This document shows positions 13,077-26,700 of a stretch of DNA of 64,000 bases, piece after piece. Numbering within the stretch: position 1 is the stretch's first letter; each line of letters begins with the position of its first letter. Location: NCBI GenBank assembly GCA_028534125.1, contig CM052832.1, positions 15,936,001-16,000,000 on the forward strand, in the 5' to 3' direction. Both the position numbers and the translations under genes were made by a program. Origin of the DNA: Lama glama. Lineage: Eukaryota. Under the pieces are notes generated by a model. That model worked only from the letters and a program-made list of their open reading frames with translations. It searched no databases and was not told the DNA's origin.

Positions 13077-13879
13077 ACTGAGTCCGGGTGGGTGGGATGC
13101 ACTGTGAGCCAGTATAATTTAGGAAGGGGCTGTAAAGGATGTTGTCGGGGAGACAATGCGTGACTTCAGCAGTGACTGTGAGAAGGGACAGAGCATGTGG
13201 TTGGGGGAATGGGCCTGGGGTCTGAGAGGACATTTTCTCCAGGTTGTGATTTCTATTTTGATTCAGTTTTTTATTTTGCATTTTAGAAATTTAAACCTTC
13301 TTATTTAATGAAATATACTGCAAAATTGTTAGAAATAACTTACTTTATCTTAAATCTATCTTGTAAAAATGTTTTCCACCAGATTGCTTCTTTAAAAAAA
13401 GTATTTGTTGTGGCTGGTAGTGCCTGGGGTTGTCTCAGGCACTAAGCACACATCGTGAGTCCTGGATCCTGCCCTGAATTCAAACGCCAGCTTAAAAAGA
13501 GAGACAAATGTAAAGTCGTAACAATACCAATAGTAGGTGTGCTTGCTTTGCAGAGGAAAGGGATTGATCAGCAGAGTTTACTTATAAGAATCTTTAAAAA
13601 TGAATGACTTTCCTTCCTGCTTTCCTCCTCCTTTGTGACTTGAGCTTTTCTCGAGATTCAACTCATAGAGTTAGAAAATCATCTGTGTCTTTCCTTCTTC
13701 CCAGGGTAGAACCATTTTTGAGGTGCTGTAAGGTGTGAGTGCATGGAGACAGCTTTCCTAGGAATACCCCACCTCTACTCCCCGGTTTGTCCACACTGCA
13801 GTGAACCCTATTTTCTCCCCACTTAAACAAGCATAAGCTGTAGATAACACACATTGAAGGCTAGATTCCACGTATGGCT

Positions 13880-14085
13880 GTAATTTACATACTTTTGGTG
13901 CATTAATCCTCACATGACACTAAAAGGTAAGTAAATATCATTATCCCCCTTTATAGGTGAGAAAGCTGAGGCACAGAGGAATGTAAACATTCTCCCAGAA
14001 TCAGTCACTAAAACGGGGAGCCTGGATCTGAACCCAGGTAGCCTGGCTTCAGATATCATGCCTTAACTAACACACTATCTGCCTT
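13880..14085 (-). mobile_element. MIR SINE
   Basis: MIR core cattatccccctttataggtgagaaagctgaggcacagag...gaacccaggtagcctggcttcaga. Confidence 0.75.
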
Positions 14086-14345
14086 GCAAAGATTTGTAAA
14101 CAATTCAAATCAGCAATGAAGAGCTGTATCACAGTATAGAAGCACACACAGAAATGTTCTCAGCATCTCTCTAACGGGCCCAGGCTGTAAGGGTTGAAGT
14201 CGAGGCTCATGGCACTAACTCCTAAGTTGGTCCACCTGGTCAGCCTGGCTTCCTGGGACTGCAGTCTGGTCTGGAGACTAGATGTGGAAAAGCTAGGAGA
14301 CTCACTGGGTCTTCCTCAATATTCCGTCTACCACTTCTCTCCTAG

Positions 14346-14627
14346 TGGAGCCCACGGTGACCGTGTATCCTGCGAAGCCCCAGCCCCTGCAGCACCACAG
14401 CCTCCTGGTCTGCTCTGTGACGGGCTTCTATCCAGGCCACATCGAAGTCAGGTGGTTCCGGAATGGCCAGGAAGAGGAGGCTGGGGTGGTCTCCACAGGC
14501 CTGATCCCTAATGGAGACTGGACCTTCCAGACCATGGTGATGCTTGAAGTGGTTCCTCAGAGTGGGGAGGTCTACACCTGCCGAGTGGAGCACCCCAGCT
14601 GGACGCACCCTGTCACAGTGGAATGGA
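14346..14627 (+). CDS. DRB: DR beta exon 3 (beta-2 Ig C1 domain)
   Basis: 282 nt with AG/GT boundaries. Translates [94 protein letters not shown]. Confidence 0.95.
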
Positions 14628-15384
14628 GTGAGAAGCTTTGTGACCTCATGCATTCCTCCCCCCGCCCCGTCCCGAGGAGGGACTTGCCTCCCCCTGAGGA
14701 TCAGGTTCCTCCTCTCCCCGCACCATGTGCTCATTTGCTCCACGTTCTCCTCTCCTTCAGCACAAGTTCCTGGGGGAGCCCCGTGATAGCCTGTGATAGA
14801 AATCCTCTGATAGTTTACAGATGTCCCCTGATAGGTTCTACAAATACCTATGCCCCCTGGGGAGGCAATTCTGCCTGACATGCAGGGAAGAGGTGTGTCT
14901 GTTTCGAGCTTCCTGTGATGTCACAGGTCATGGTCACCCCTTGGCTTTGGGTACCAGTCCCCTGTTTTGTACTAGGCTTGTGATTCTGACACTGTTGCTC
15001 TGAGTTCATTGTGATCTGAGAAGGGGCACATCCTCTCCAATGTAGGGCCCTTCCTGACCAAAGGGGTGTCCTCCCTCTCTCAGCTCTGCCTTTTATTAGC
15101 TCTGTCACCCTAGACAAGCTTCTTAGCATCATTCAGTCCCAGGCTCCTCATTCATCAGATGTTGCAGTCATGTGGCCTCATGTCAGGGCTGTGGTATTTA
15201 TGAGTTTGATGCCTGAACCTTGTAGCTACTCACTGTGATTCCGATTTTTTTCTAGGAGAGGCCAGCTATTCTAGTTCTTCCAGGGCAGCCCTCTTCCCCC
15301 ATTCTCAAAGCTCTCGATCTCAGTCTCAATTAAGGAGGTTTGGATTTGGGGTAAAAAATCACTAAAACTAGCTTCTTTCCTCAG

Positions 15385-15495
15385 GGGCACAGTCTGAATC
15401 CGCTCAGAGCAAGATGCTGAGTGGAATCGGGGGCTTCGTTCTGGGTCTGCTCTGCCTTGGGGTGGGGCTGTTCGTCTACTTCAGGAACCAGAAAG
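15385..15495 (+). CDS. DRB: DR beta exon 4 (connecting peptide and transmembrane)
   Basis: 111 nt with AG/GT boundaries. Translates [37 protein letters not shown]. Confidence 0.95.
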
Positions 15496-15983
15496 GTAAG
15501 GGGCCTGTTGGCAGCTGAGACTCCCCACTGACATTTTTCAGAAGAAGAACGATGGTTTTGCTCAGTTAGTTCTTTTTATATCAGTGGTCCATATAAAGCC
15601 TTTATTTCCCCAATTGACCTCAATTTCCGGGAAATCCAGAAATCAATAGTTCATAGTTACTGATGTTTGGAACATAAGAGTTGATAGTTTGTAGAGATAA
15701 AAAGAAGTAGAACATACACGGAGATCTGGGTGCAGATCCTGGGACAAGTGCAGGAAGAGACCCGAGGCTGATGACATTTCACTGGGTTTGTGTGACAGGC
15801 TCTTCAGGGCTCGCACGCCCTTGGTGTCTGCTCTCCTGTCTACCCTGGCATCCTGTGATGTGGGCTGTGGTCTTAGAGGTCTTAGAAGAGTGATGGCCCG
15901 GGTGGCGGGGGCGTGGGGACATTGAGTTTGGGAACAGATTTACCTCCATATCTCTTAAGTATACATCTTCTCCTCTTTTTCAG

Positions 15984-16006
15984 AACATCTGGACTTCAGC
16001 CAACAG
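15984..16006 (+). CDS. DRB: DR beta exon 5 (cytoplasmic; 23 nt, 1-nt deletion)
   Basis: ttttcAG-AACATCTGGACTTCAGCCAACAG-GTAA. This matches the 24-nt DRB exon 5 (GHSGLQPT) minus one base. Confidence 0.85.
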
Positions 16007-16314
16007 GTAATGCTCTAAATTAACACTCTTCTAGAGACATATTTAGTCTCCCTGGAACAGATTGTAGAGGCGATAAGAAAGAGACAGAAATGATGGAAAA
16101 GACTTTGGATCTGACTTCGGATCCGGCAGTTTACACTAAAGCGTCTTCCTTCCACTAAACTGAAGGCAGGCGCTCTAAAGCAGCTTTGATCAGGGAGACT
16201 TAAGGACTTTTCCCCTTCTTACCACCGTGCTTTAACACGGCCTGAGAGACAGGGGTAAACAAGTTGCTTGTAAATTTAGATCTGGAAACAACTCTGTCCT
16301 CTCTCTCTTGGCAG

Positions 16315-16323
16315 GACTCCTAA
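16315..16323 (+). CDS. DRB: DR beta exon 6 coding part (frameshifted stop TAA at 16321-16323; ancestral-frame TGA at 16326-16328)
   Basis: ggcAG-GACTCCTAAGCTGA reads GLLS* in the ancestral frame, followed by a DRB-like 3'UTR. Confidence 0.8.
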   Translation, partial: DS

Positions 16324-16679
16324 GCTGAAGGAAAGTGATGACGCTCAAGGAAGAACCTTCTGTCCCAGCTTCTTTGCAGCATGAAACAGTTTCCTGCTTA
16401 GCTCTGATTCTTCCGCAGTGAGAGTACTTCTCAGGGTCTGCTTTGCCCCTGGTTCAGTGACCCTGCAGAAAATGCCCTCCCTGCTGGCTTCCTCAGCCCT
16501 GCCCTTGACCCGGAAACCCCCGATACTGAAGACAGCGCCTTATCTTCATTTTTTCCTGGTCCTTTTTTCATTCAACCTTTATGGCCTTCCTTGCACTTGA
16601 ACATAGCTTTTACCCACATTTCTTCACAAAGTTTTTCTCAAATACACATGGAGTGAGGACCACCTGTCTGATACAGCTT

Positions 16680-17228
16680 TAAGGGAAAGGGAGTGGGGCG
16701 GGGAAGGGGAGGCAGAGAAATCCCCCTGCCACCCCGCTCCTCTTGAGTTCCTGTGGCTGTGTTAATGATAAAGTTGACACAAAACAGATTAACAAGAGAA
16801 AATGAAATGGATTTTAATTCACGTGCATGGCAGTCTCATAGAAATAGGACCTAAGAAGTGGCCAAAGCAGGCAGCTTTTATGCTTTTCAGACAAAGAAAC
16901 AATAAATTTGTGGTAATTGACAGAACAAAGAAACGTAGGTTTTGGGCGCTCAAATAGTGAAGAATCTAAACAGAGTTCGGGCTTGGGTAGTAAATTAAAG
17001 ACGTAGCAAGTCTTCTTGGTCTGAATTCCTGTCTTTGGTGATGTGTGTCCTACCTCCAGATGTAGCAGGTGTATCTTTCACAGCAGAGATTATTTCCTGC
17101 TTTCAGGAAGAAAGAAAGGACAATCAGAGTGTCTCTCTTGCACTGGCTGTTTTTTTAAGTAAATTTAATTCAAAATTATCAATATGCCATTGTGACATAT
17201 TTGGAGGTAACCTTCCCTGAACCCCAAC
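16680..17228 (-). mobile_element. Solo ERV LTR-like element directly 3' of DRB
   Basis: Ends in ...gaaccccaACA (TG start on the minus strand). The motifs cagattaacaagagaaaa and ttcaaaattatcaatatgcca recall ERV1 MER4-group LTRs. Confidence 0.55.
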
Positions 17229-18927
17229 AAGAGGATTTCATTAAGATACAATAATGGTTTTTATTTTTATTTCTGAATTTTGGTCACTTGTGGATCATAG
17301 TAGTTTTCCTTCCTTCATTCTGTTTTATCTTGAATTTTCTGTATTCTGTAATTAGGAATATTTAGCTGAGCTAGGAGAAAGTCCTTCATTCACCCATATC
17401 AGGGTGGTCTCTTGCCTCTTTGCATTCTCAAAGACAAATATAAAAGTTCCTTCATACCATGGGATACAGAAAGGGACAACAAATACAAGAAATGCAGGTG
17501 CCTTATAAGGGTGTTATGCCTTCAAAATTTTCATAATCATGTTCTTTTGTATGTTTTTCCCTGATATTTTAAAAAGAAAGTCTCTAAACTTGGGTAATTC
17601 TTGAACTCCCCTTTGGATTATGGGTGGGCTTCAACACTTCAGTCCTTTTTCTATCAGATAAAAATCAGTTCTGTGCCGACTGTTTCGCTTGGAACATACC
17701 CTTCTCCATAAAAATTCTCAGGCCATCAGGACCAAGTGCAACATTGATGGAAAAGATGCATTTCTGAGGGCTTCCAGATTGAGTGACAAACGTTCTGTCT
17801 GTCACAGGAGAATCCTATAGGGATCTTTGCTCAGCAGAAATCAGAGACAATGCTGGGAAATATTGTTTTATTACAATTTGTAAGTAAAAACAATAGAAGA
17901 ACTTTTTTTAAAAACTCATTGCCTATGGGGCAAAATGAAGGTTGAGGGAGACAAAGATGAAAGCTGGACTTTTCTGAATATACCTTATTTAAAAATTTTA
18001 TCTTGAGAAACATTAAAATATTGTATATAATAGAAAATTTAAATCAAAAGTTAAAAAAGGCAATACCTAAAAACTGAAAACAAACTAACAATTGAAACAA
18101 ACTTGAAAAAAATGTGTATGACGGGAAATAAGCTAGAAAAGAAAATCAAAACTGTTTTGATCCTTTTATAAGACAGTGCAGAAACATAGTTATAGATCAG
18201 TATATAGTTCAAAATTCATAGACTTCAATAACATAAACAAGTTGGATAGGTTTCAGAGAAAGGTAATTACGTTGGTTAAGAAGATGATGGTTTCTGCTAT
18301 TGAAATTCCTCTGAAGAGTCAGTTTCAAATGTAAATCAGATCTAAAGAGCAGATGAGATATTCAAAAGTTTATTTCAAAGGAATAGTCAGGCGAACACAA
18401 TTTCTTCACTGTCAGAGACAACTATTATTTTATTTTCAAGCAAATTCAAAGCTTACTTTATGTGTAGTTAATTATATGGTGTATTATTTGTGTGAAACAG
18501 GGAACTTGGTAAATTGATACTAACACCTGCAATCTGTGGGAAGTTCTGCTGATCCCAGGGTTGTAACTTTATTCTTGATTTGTTCTCTGGGATGAAGACA
18601 TGAATTGTCTCAATTCATCTGAGACCTGGGGTGTGGAATTATAAGGTAGAATTAAAGTGAATGGCATGAATATTCAATGAGCTCTGCTACTAGTAGCAGA
18701 AAATTCAATCAATTGTCTTTATTGTAATTTAACTTATCTCCCATAGCAGATCGATTCCAGGTAGAGCTGGTCAGTTCACCAGATTGGTGGCGTCACCAAC
18801 ACTGCTGGGAGTGTGTCCCACTGCCCTCTGTCCTCCCCCACATGTCTGCTTTCCTGGGACGGGAGTAGGATGCCTGCGGCAGCCTGAGGCTTCCTGTTCT
18901 CGCAAATCACTTTCAAAGGCAGGAAAA

Positions 18928-21560
18928 GGAACCGTTTCTCCTTGTGCGCTTTCACAAGGAGCAACCTTTCCCCAGATATTCTCCTTAGACCCCTTCCCCT
19001 CCGGTGAGGAGCACCATGGGATTACAGGGGCCTTACAATCACACAAACCGTGAGTCACCCTTTTTGTCGTGTGTGTGACTCACCTGAAGCAACTGGGAAG
19101 AAAAGAAGCAAAATCATTTGCTTTTTAGAAAGAAAAAAACTGTAGATGAGGCAAGGGAGAGTAATTTTAAAATAGGAAACCAGGTTTCTGGTACTATTAG
19201 CTTATTTGATTATTTGTATTTTTAATTATTTCCCCCATGAGAGATGATACATTCTTAATGGGTGATATCAATTCAAGGGTTTGAGGGTTTTTTAAAAAAA
19301 TATTGAGTATTAAAGGCTGGTCATAAGCCAATTACCAGAAATAATAAATACATAAATGAATGAAAGCAAGAGCATTATTTGCCTTTAGAACGTAATGCAC
19401 TGATACTTAATTTTATCAGGAAAACTATTTTCCAGGGCAATTTTTGAAAAGAGACACATAATAAGGAGTGACTAACTTTAAAAGATGCTAAAACCTATTA
19501 TAAATCTATTTTAATAAGCACTATTTCCTCCTATTGATTCATTATTGATTAAGTATACCAGTGGAGCAGGGTCCAGAATTAAATTCATGAACAGTTAAGA
19601 TAGTTTCAAGTTGTTTGTAAGGTGTATCCCAAACTCGTTATTTTCAACAAAATGGATTCTTGATGAATAAAAATTGAAACATAAAAAAGTATAAAATTAA
19701 TACATTAAAGATTGCATTATTTCCATTACTGTCATCGTCATTGTAATAATTATGTTTGAAAGCAAAAGCCCTTTCTCATCTCTGATGAACTGCTGGTGAG
19801 AGTGTATAATATTACAACCTCTTTGAAAAACACTTCAGTGTTTTCTTAAAATGTCAGAAAATATATTTGTCATATGATCCAGCAGTTCCTCTCCTTGAAA
19901 ATACCCAAGAGAAATAAAAACATAAGTCCACACAAATATATGTGTGCAAATGTGTGTAACAGCATTGGTCATAATAGTCCAAAACTGTAAACAAATATCC
20001 ATCAGTGAGTGAGCGGATAAACAAAACATACTATAGCCATACAATGAAGTTACTCCTCTACAATAAGAAGGAACAACTGAAAAATATAAAAAGGAAATGA
20101 TTATACATACTAAAAAAAAGACAGATGAACTTCAAAAATATTATATTAAATGAAAGAAGCCACAAAAGACTACATGTCATAAGATCCCATTTACATGAAA
20201 TATCTAGAAAAGGCACATTTATAGACACAAAAAGCAGATCAGTAGGTGCCTAGGACCTGGGATAGGGGTGGGGATTGACTGTAAACAGGGGACTTTTGGG
20301 GGTGATGGAAATGTTCTAAAACTGGATTATGTTGGTAGTTTTACACATTTATAAATTTACTAAAACCATTGAATTTTGCATGTAGAAAGAGTAAATGTGT
20401 GGTATATAAATTGTATTCCACTAAAGTTGTTAAAAATAAACTTAGCAGAAAAGAAACCTTTCTAAGCAAGATAAAAATCCAGAAGACATAAAGGAAAAAT
20501 ATATTTGAATAAAAATAGACATTTTCTTTCCATGGAGAAAATAAAATTAGAAGAAACATGTAAAGCTCCAGAAAAAATTTGGCAACACACAAGGCAGACA
20601 TTGGGTCTTTTTATTATGTAAAATTTCCAACAAGTTGATAAATAAATGAACAAAAATCCAACAAAAAATTTGGCAAAGGATATAGACTATTTGTAGAAGA
20701 GAATATACCAATGATTGGTCAATAAAACATGAAATATTTTTTTCAAGCTCATTAGAAATCAGAAAAATGCAAGTTCAAATAACAATGTGATGAAATATTT
20801 CTTCTTCCAAATTGGCAAATATAATAGTTTGTTTTTTAAATCAAGGACTTAGAAAATTCTATAGAATTGGATTCTCTGATATACTGTTATTAGGACAATG
20901 AGTGAGTGACAGATTGGCAGTATCTATTTAAATTTAAAATGCAAATGCTGCAACAACAAAAATTAATATCCAGTTATCTATCTTAAAGAAATAATTCTAC
21001 ACAGGCCCAAGGAGACATAAAATTGAATGCTTGTTGCACCAGAGTTTGGAATAATAAAAACATTTCCCAAATCTAAAAAAAAAAAAACAAACAAACCCAA
21101 TAAACTTGTCTGTATTATGAAAATCTCCTACATCAAAAGATTATAAAATATGTGAAATAACAGCATTCTGCAGGATTATATTTGAGTACTGCACACGGAC
21201 ATATGAGCATAAGTTGGTGTACCCCTTTGTGTAGTTTGGAGAACCCAGTACTTTCACCTTGGGTGTTTCCACGCTAGATAAATTCTTACATACACCCCCA
21301 AGATCACTATGAAAAATGTGAAAGAAGAGGAAAAAGGCATTCTAAAGTTTGAGATAGAGAACAGATCAATTATGGTGTAGCCGAACAAAGGAATAACATA
21401 CAGAACTTTAAATGAATGAACTAGCACCATCAAACGGCTAGGGGAGCGCGGGAAACCCTGCCATAAATCATAGTGCCAGTTAGGATGATGAAAGTTACAA
21501 GGACCACAACTGTCACCATAAGAACAAGGAAAAAAATGTGTAAACTTATGGGATAACGGA
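18928..21560 (+). repeat. Diverged direct segmental repeat, copy B
   Basis: Collinear with 1-2520. It ends where an LTR-like sequence begins just before the gap. Confidence 0.85.
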
Positions 21561-21648
21561 AATATATATTGATCTCTGCCTCCACTTGCTGGCACAGAAC
21601 TCCGAAAACCCTTGTAGTTTCCTAAGTGATAAGAACACTAAAAGCATC

Positions 21649-22148
21649 NNNNNNNNNNNNNNNNNNNNNNNNNNNNNNNNNNNNNNNNNNNNNNNNNNNN
21701 NNNNNNNNNNNNNNNNNNNNNNNNNNNNNNNNNNNNNNNNNNNNNNNNNNNNNNNNNNNNNNNNNNNNNNNNNNNNNNNNNNNNNNNNNNNNNNNNNNNN
21801 NNNNNNNNNNNNNNNNNNNNNNNNNNNNNNNNNNNNNNNNNNNNNNNNNNNNNNNNNNNNNNNNNNNNNNNNNNNNNNNNNNNNNNNNNNNNNNNNNNNN
21901 NNNNNNNNNNNNNNNNNNNNNNNNNNNNNNNNNNNNNNNNNNNNNNNNNNNNNNNNNNNNNNNNNNNNNNNNNNNNNNNNNNNNNNNNNNNNNNNNNNNN
22001 NNNNNNNNNNNNNNNNNNNNNNNNNNNNNNNNNNNNNNNNNNNNNNNNNNNNNNNNNNNNNNNNNNNNNNNNNNNNNNNNNNNNNNNNNNNNNNNNNNNN
22101 NNNNNNNNNNNNNNNNNNNNNNNNNNNNNNNNNNNNNNNNNNNNNNNN
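21649..22148. other. Assembly gap (500 N)
   Basis: Run of N. Confidence 1.
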
Positions 22149-23469
22149 GACTTCCCTGACGTGGCATGTCGGGGGCAGCAGAGTGAACAGGGCTGCAGGA
22201 TGTCCCTAGGACAGTAAGCCTAAGCCAGGCTCGCTGAGTCCCTGTGCATCCTTGTGTATCCAGTAGAAGACCCCACTAACCCCAGCCCCCTGCCCCTCGC
22301 CCTCCCGGCTAAGGGAAGCATCAGCCTATAAGCGAGAAGTCCCAGCAGGAACAACACAGTTGAGGTAATGTAGCAGCAGCTGTGGGTGCCGCCTCCACCC
22401 CTGGATTCATTGTCTCCTAGTGGAGATCTGTGCAGAGGGAATGGATCAACAGATGGGATTCTCTGGCTCTCCTCAGTGTGTCCAGGGCCTCACTCTTGAG
22501 AGGAGAGTGTATGTGACTTGACTTGGAGTCATTTTGCCCTTGGATAGGTTTTAGGCACATTGCCTCAGTATTTCTGCTCTGCAGTTACTGAGTCTACATT
22601 GCATCTCGGACGTATTATGGAACAGCTATAAAATGTATAAGATTGTCCCTGTCCATGCTATCTGTCGGTGAGCTTGAAATGTAATTAGGAAAAAAAGACA
22701 CAATATGAACACAATAATTGATATAGCATAGTTTGGTGCAAAGAAACCTAACTCCAAACCCAGCACTTTGTAGCTAGTAGTTTAAACTTTAGAACATGGA
22801 TTACGTATGTAACATTTATGAGCCTTATGTTTCCTATCTATAATATGGTAACAATAATACTTCCCTTGCAGAGTTACTGACAGAATTTGAATAATCTTGT
22901 TATATAGGAACATAGAAGTATTCATACAGAATATAGAAATACATTTTACAAAAACATTGCTAGTTATATGTATAATTAATTTATTTAAAAGAGTGAATTA
23001 TATTATATAAAAAGCACTTTTTAAGCCCCTTAAAGGCTTAGGAGATCCAAATGTGGAGCTATAGATGAATTTCATGTTATTGGAGAACTTTATTCCTCTC
23101 CACAATGAAAGCGGCTGAGATTGGATTAGGCTGAGAGAATAGATAGGGTGCACTGTTCAGTGATATGTCAGTGGTGAAGGGGTTGCTAAGAGAACTCTTA
23201 GGGCAAGTTGTAATATTGGACTCTGGGTCCTTACTCTCTAATGAAAGATGTGTCCCCTCCTTATGGCCTGTAAAGTTTTAGTCACGCTATGATACAAGCA
23301 ACAAATCTTTAGCCATGTTTACTGTGAGGAGAAGGTGTAAAAGTTGCCTGTGAGGTAGAAGCAAGAGAATTATTTAAATTGCAGACTAGGAATTAGTAAA
23401 TGCAGGGAATCTGGACCAGAGGTGATCATGGAAATGCAGGTGATAGAGCACAGAGGATTTTTAGGGCAG

Positions 23470-23765
23470 AGAAGCTACTCTGTATGGTACTGCAATAGTG
23501 GATACATGTCATTATACATTTTTCCAAATCCATAGACTATGGAACGCCAAGTGCAAATCCTAATGTAAGCTATGGACTTCGAGTGATTGTGACATGTCAT
23601 TGTAGGTTCATCAATTATAACAAACGTACCACTCTCGTAGGGGGTGTTGATAATGGGTGAAGTTATGCATAGTGGGGGCAGGGGATATGTAGGAAATCTC
23701 TGCAGCTTCAATCTAATTTTGCTACGAACCTAAAACTGCTCTAAAATAAGTGTATTTAAAACAAT
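23470..23765 (+). mobile_element. L1 (L1MC-like) 3' end
   Basis: tggatacatgtcattatacattt...tgtaggttcatcaattataacaaacgtaccact. Confidence 0.7.
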
Positions 23766-26700
23766 AACATAAAAGATTAGCCATTATGATTTCAAATGTA
23801 TGAAATTAAAATTTTAGTATAGAAAAAAGGTAGGTCATCTAAAAAATACACTAATGTGCTGAGAATATTTTGGCAATGGAATTTCAAATAAATGTTATGT
23901 AAATATAATGATTCATGAGCTGACAACCCAGAATTTTGTATATGTGTGTTTATGTATGTGTCTTATAGTAATACGGGGTTATATTGATGGCCTTATCACC
24001 AGTGTCCCAGAAATATACAAACGCTGCCCTACTAAGACTCGTTCCCTATGAAGTACTAAGGGAAGCAAATTTCATGGTAGCTGCATTTTATTAAAGAGAT
24101 TCATTCATGAAGACTTCATAATTGCTTAAAATAGCAATCAAAATTAATTCTAAAGAATAAAAGCAAATATTTATTTTTATCACTCAAAAGTTAAAAGTAG
24201 TATCACCATATGACATTACTATAAATGAAGTTGGAAATCAGCCTTCATGATATTAAATTATGTGATTCTTGAACAATTATTTGAGTTTTTTAATTATTTC
24301 AGATTGCATGCATAAAGTATGACTATTAATATTTAATATCATGCCATTTTAAATTTACAAAACTGAAAATCACATAAAATATATCAGGTATGTACTTGCC
24401 AACTAAGGATTTTGAAGGATTTAATATTACAAATCAAGTACTTCACACATAGCCTGGCACATAGTAAGCAGTCAGTAGATGTTAACCATCAGTGTTACTG
24501 TTATTTCTGAAATCCAAACCACAATCCCATGGTAAATTACATCACAAGGATGCAGCCAACTAGATCCAGCATATGGAAAGTTCTACTGGATAAACAACTC
24601 AATTTCTTCAGCAAATAATTTGCCCGGAAAAATAGAGAACAGAGAAATGTTAAAAAAAAAAAAAAAGAAATATATCAACCAAATCCTAGACTTTGTCTGG
24701 ATTTATATTCAAACAAAAGAACTATTAAAAAATTCTTGTAAGGCAACAGGAAAATGGAACACTGAACCTATGAAGGAATTATTTATCTAATTTTAGATAT
24801 GGTAGTGACATTATACTTGTTATGTTTCTAAAAAGTCATTATATTTTATATTTTCATAATAAAATATTTATGAATAAGTGATATGACTCTGAGATTATCT
24901 TCCAAATATTCCAGTGTGCATGTAAGATAAGTAGCTGGATTTTCCATGACTCGATAACTGTAAAGCTGCACAGTCAATGCACAGTACTGTTCTCTTTAAT
25001 ACTGCATGTAGCTGTATATAGTTGAAATTTTCCATAATACAAAGTTTTCAAAAAAAGTATTCTGGGAAAGCCAAAAAGGTAGGCAGAGAAGCATTCTGTG
25101 TGAAGTTATGTTGGTTTTTAAAGTTTTCCTCATTTTTATCACATTTAGGAACCCTTGAGTAGACAAATGCTCATCCAGACTATAGAAATCTTTCAGAAGT
25201 GTAACTCTAAAAATATACATGCAACAAGGAATAATAACAAAGGAAAGCAAAGTAAGGCTCCCTTTATCATTGGTTGGATTAATCCCCAAATTTTATTAAT
25301 ATGATCATTAAGTCAACCCATAATGCAAAAATGGTCATTGAGTACCAGTGCTGTTAAATATGCCATACTATGTTCTCAGTGTATTAAAATAATGTGGAAG
25401 ATATAATCATTGCCTTCAGAAAACTTACACTCCACTGGGAGGAAATATACACATAACAAATAATTCCACAAAGGTATAATCATAAAGTCTGTAGAATTTA
25501 TAATAGAAAAGAACAAGATAATAGGAGAGTGTATTGCACAGACACCAGGTTTAATTTGGTGGAGTTTAGAGGATACTTGAAGAAATGTATCTTAAGATGA
25601 AATAAAATGGTGTGTATTATGTGAAGAACAAGGTTAAGAGCGGCAGAGCAAATGTTTGAGAAAAATTTGCAATATGAAAGAGAAGGTGAAAATAAAACGA
25701 AAAATATCACAGACTTAGACAAGAAAGTTCATGTAAGAGCAAACAAACTTGTTTAAACAAAATCTAATCAGAATTATTAGAAAATATATTGCATGTATGA
25801 AAGAAATAATGGAGGCTAAAGATGGAAAAGTTAGTACAAAGTTTGGAAAATTAAACCAAGAAAATCTCCCTGAAATTAAAAAAAAAGACAAAGAAATTTA
25901 GTATATAGCAGAAAAGATAAGACATAGAGAATAGACCCAGGAAGTCCATTGTTGTTACATCAAGTAACAGAGCTGGAGAGAGAAACAGAGAAAATTAAGA
26001 AGGAATATTACCAAAGCAACCAATAAGAGGAAATTTTCAGATATAAAGGATCTAATTCTTTAAATGGAAGGGGAAGGAGACTGTCAGGTATTTAGCAAAA
26101 TTAATGAAAAAAGACTCATTCCTAAATACATTATTTAAAAATTTTCAGAACCACAAGGTTTAAAAGAAGACCATAAACTATCCTACTGTGGGAAGAAATA
26201 AAACAAACTGACAACAGACAAAAACTCAGACTGCCACATACTACTATCATTAAGACAATGAGAAAGGTCTGGGAGTTCCAAAGGAAAATATAAATTTGTT
26301 TTCCATTAATAAATGTATACCTTTTCAGAGTCACATATACCTTTTCAAAATCATGATCAGCCATGAAGAAAGGGTTAAAATACTGTTAAGACATGAAAGG
26401 ATACAAATTTACTTACCATACATAGTTTTATTGGAAGTTGATTAAGAATATGACTTAGTAAAGTGAGGTTGTTATCCAAGAAACAATGGATTCAACCCAG
26501 GACATCACTGAACAGAGATCCTACTACTGCAGCTCCAAGGCAAGTGTAAGATGCTTGACTACATAAGTGATATTTATACAGTGATAAACAACCTTTTTTC
26601 CAACTTTAAGAATTAATCTATGGGCAATGCCCAAAGACAATTATTGTTAGAGCAGAATGACAGTATTTTCAACTTTGACAATATTCTAAAAAGGGCAAAT

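Noticed and set aside
18775..18800. Possible CTCF insulator motif (caccagattggtggcg), and a similar one near 36465
   Set aside because: Only a loose match to the consensus. It cannot be supported without a PWM scan or ChIP data.
21586..22209. ORFs running through N gaps (also near 42 kb, 50.4 kb and 62 kb)
   Set aside because: Artefacts of translating N.
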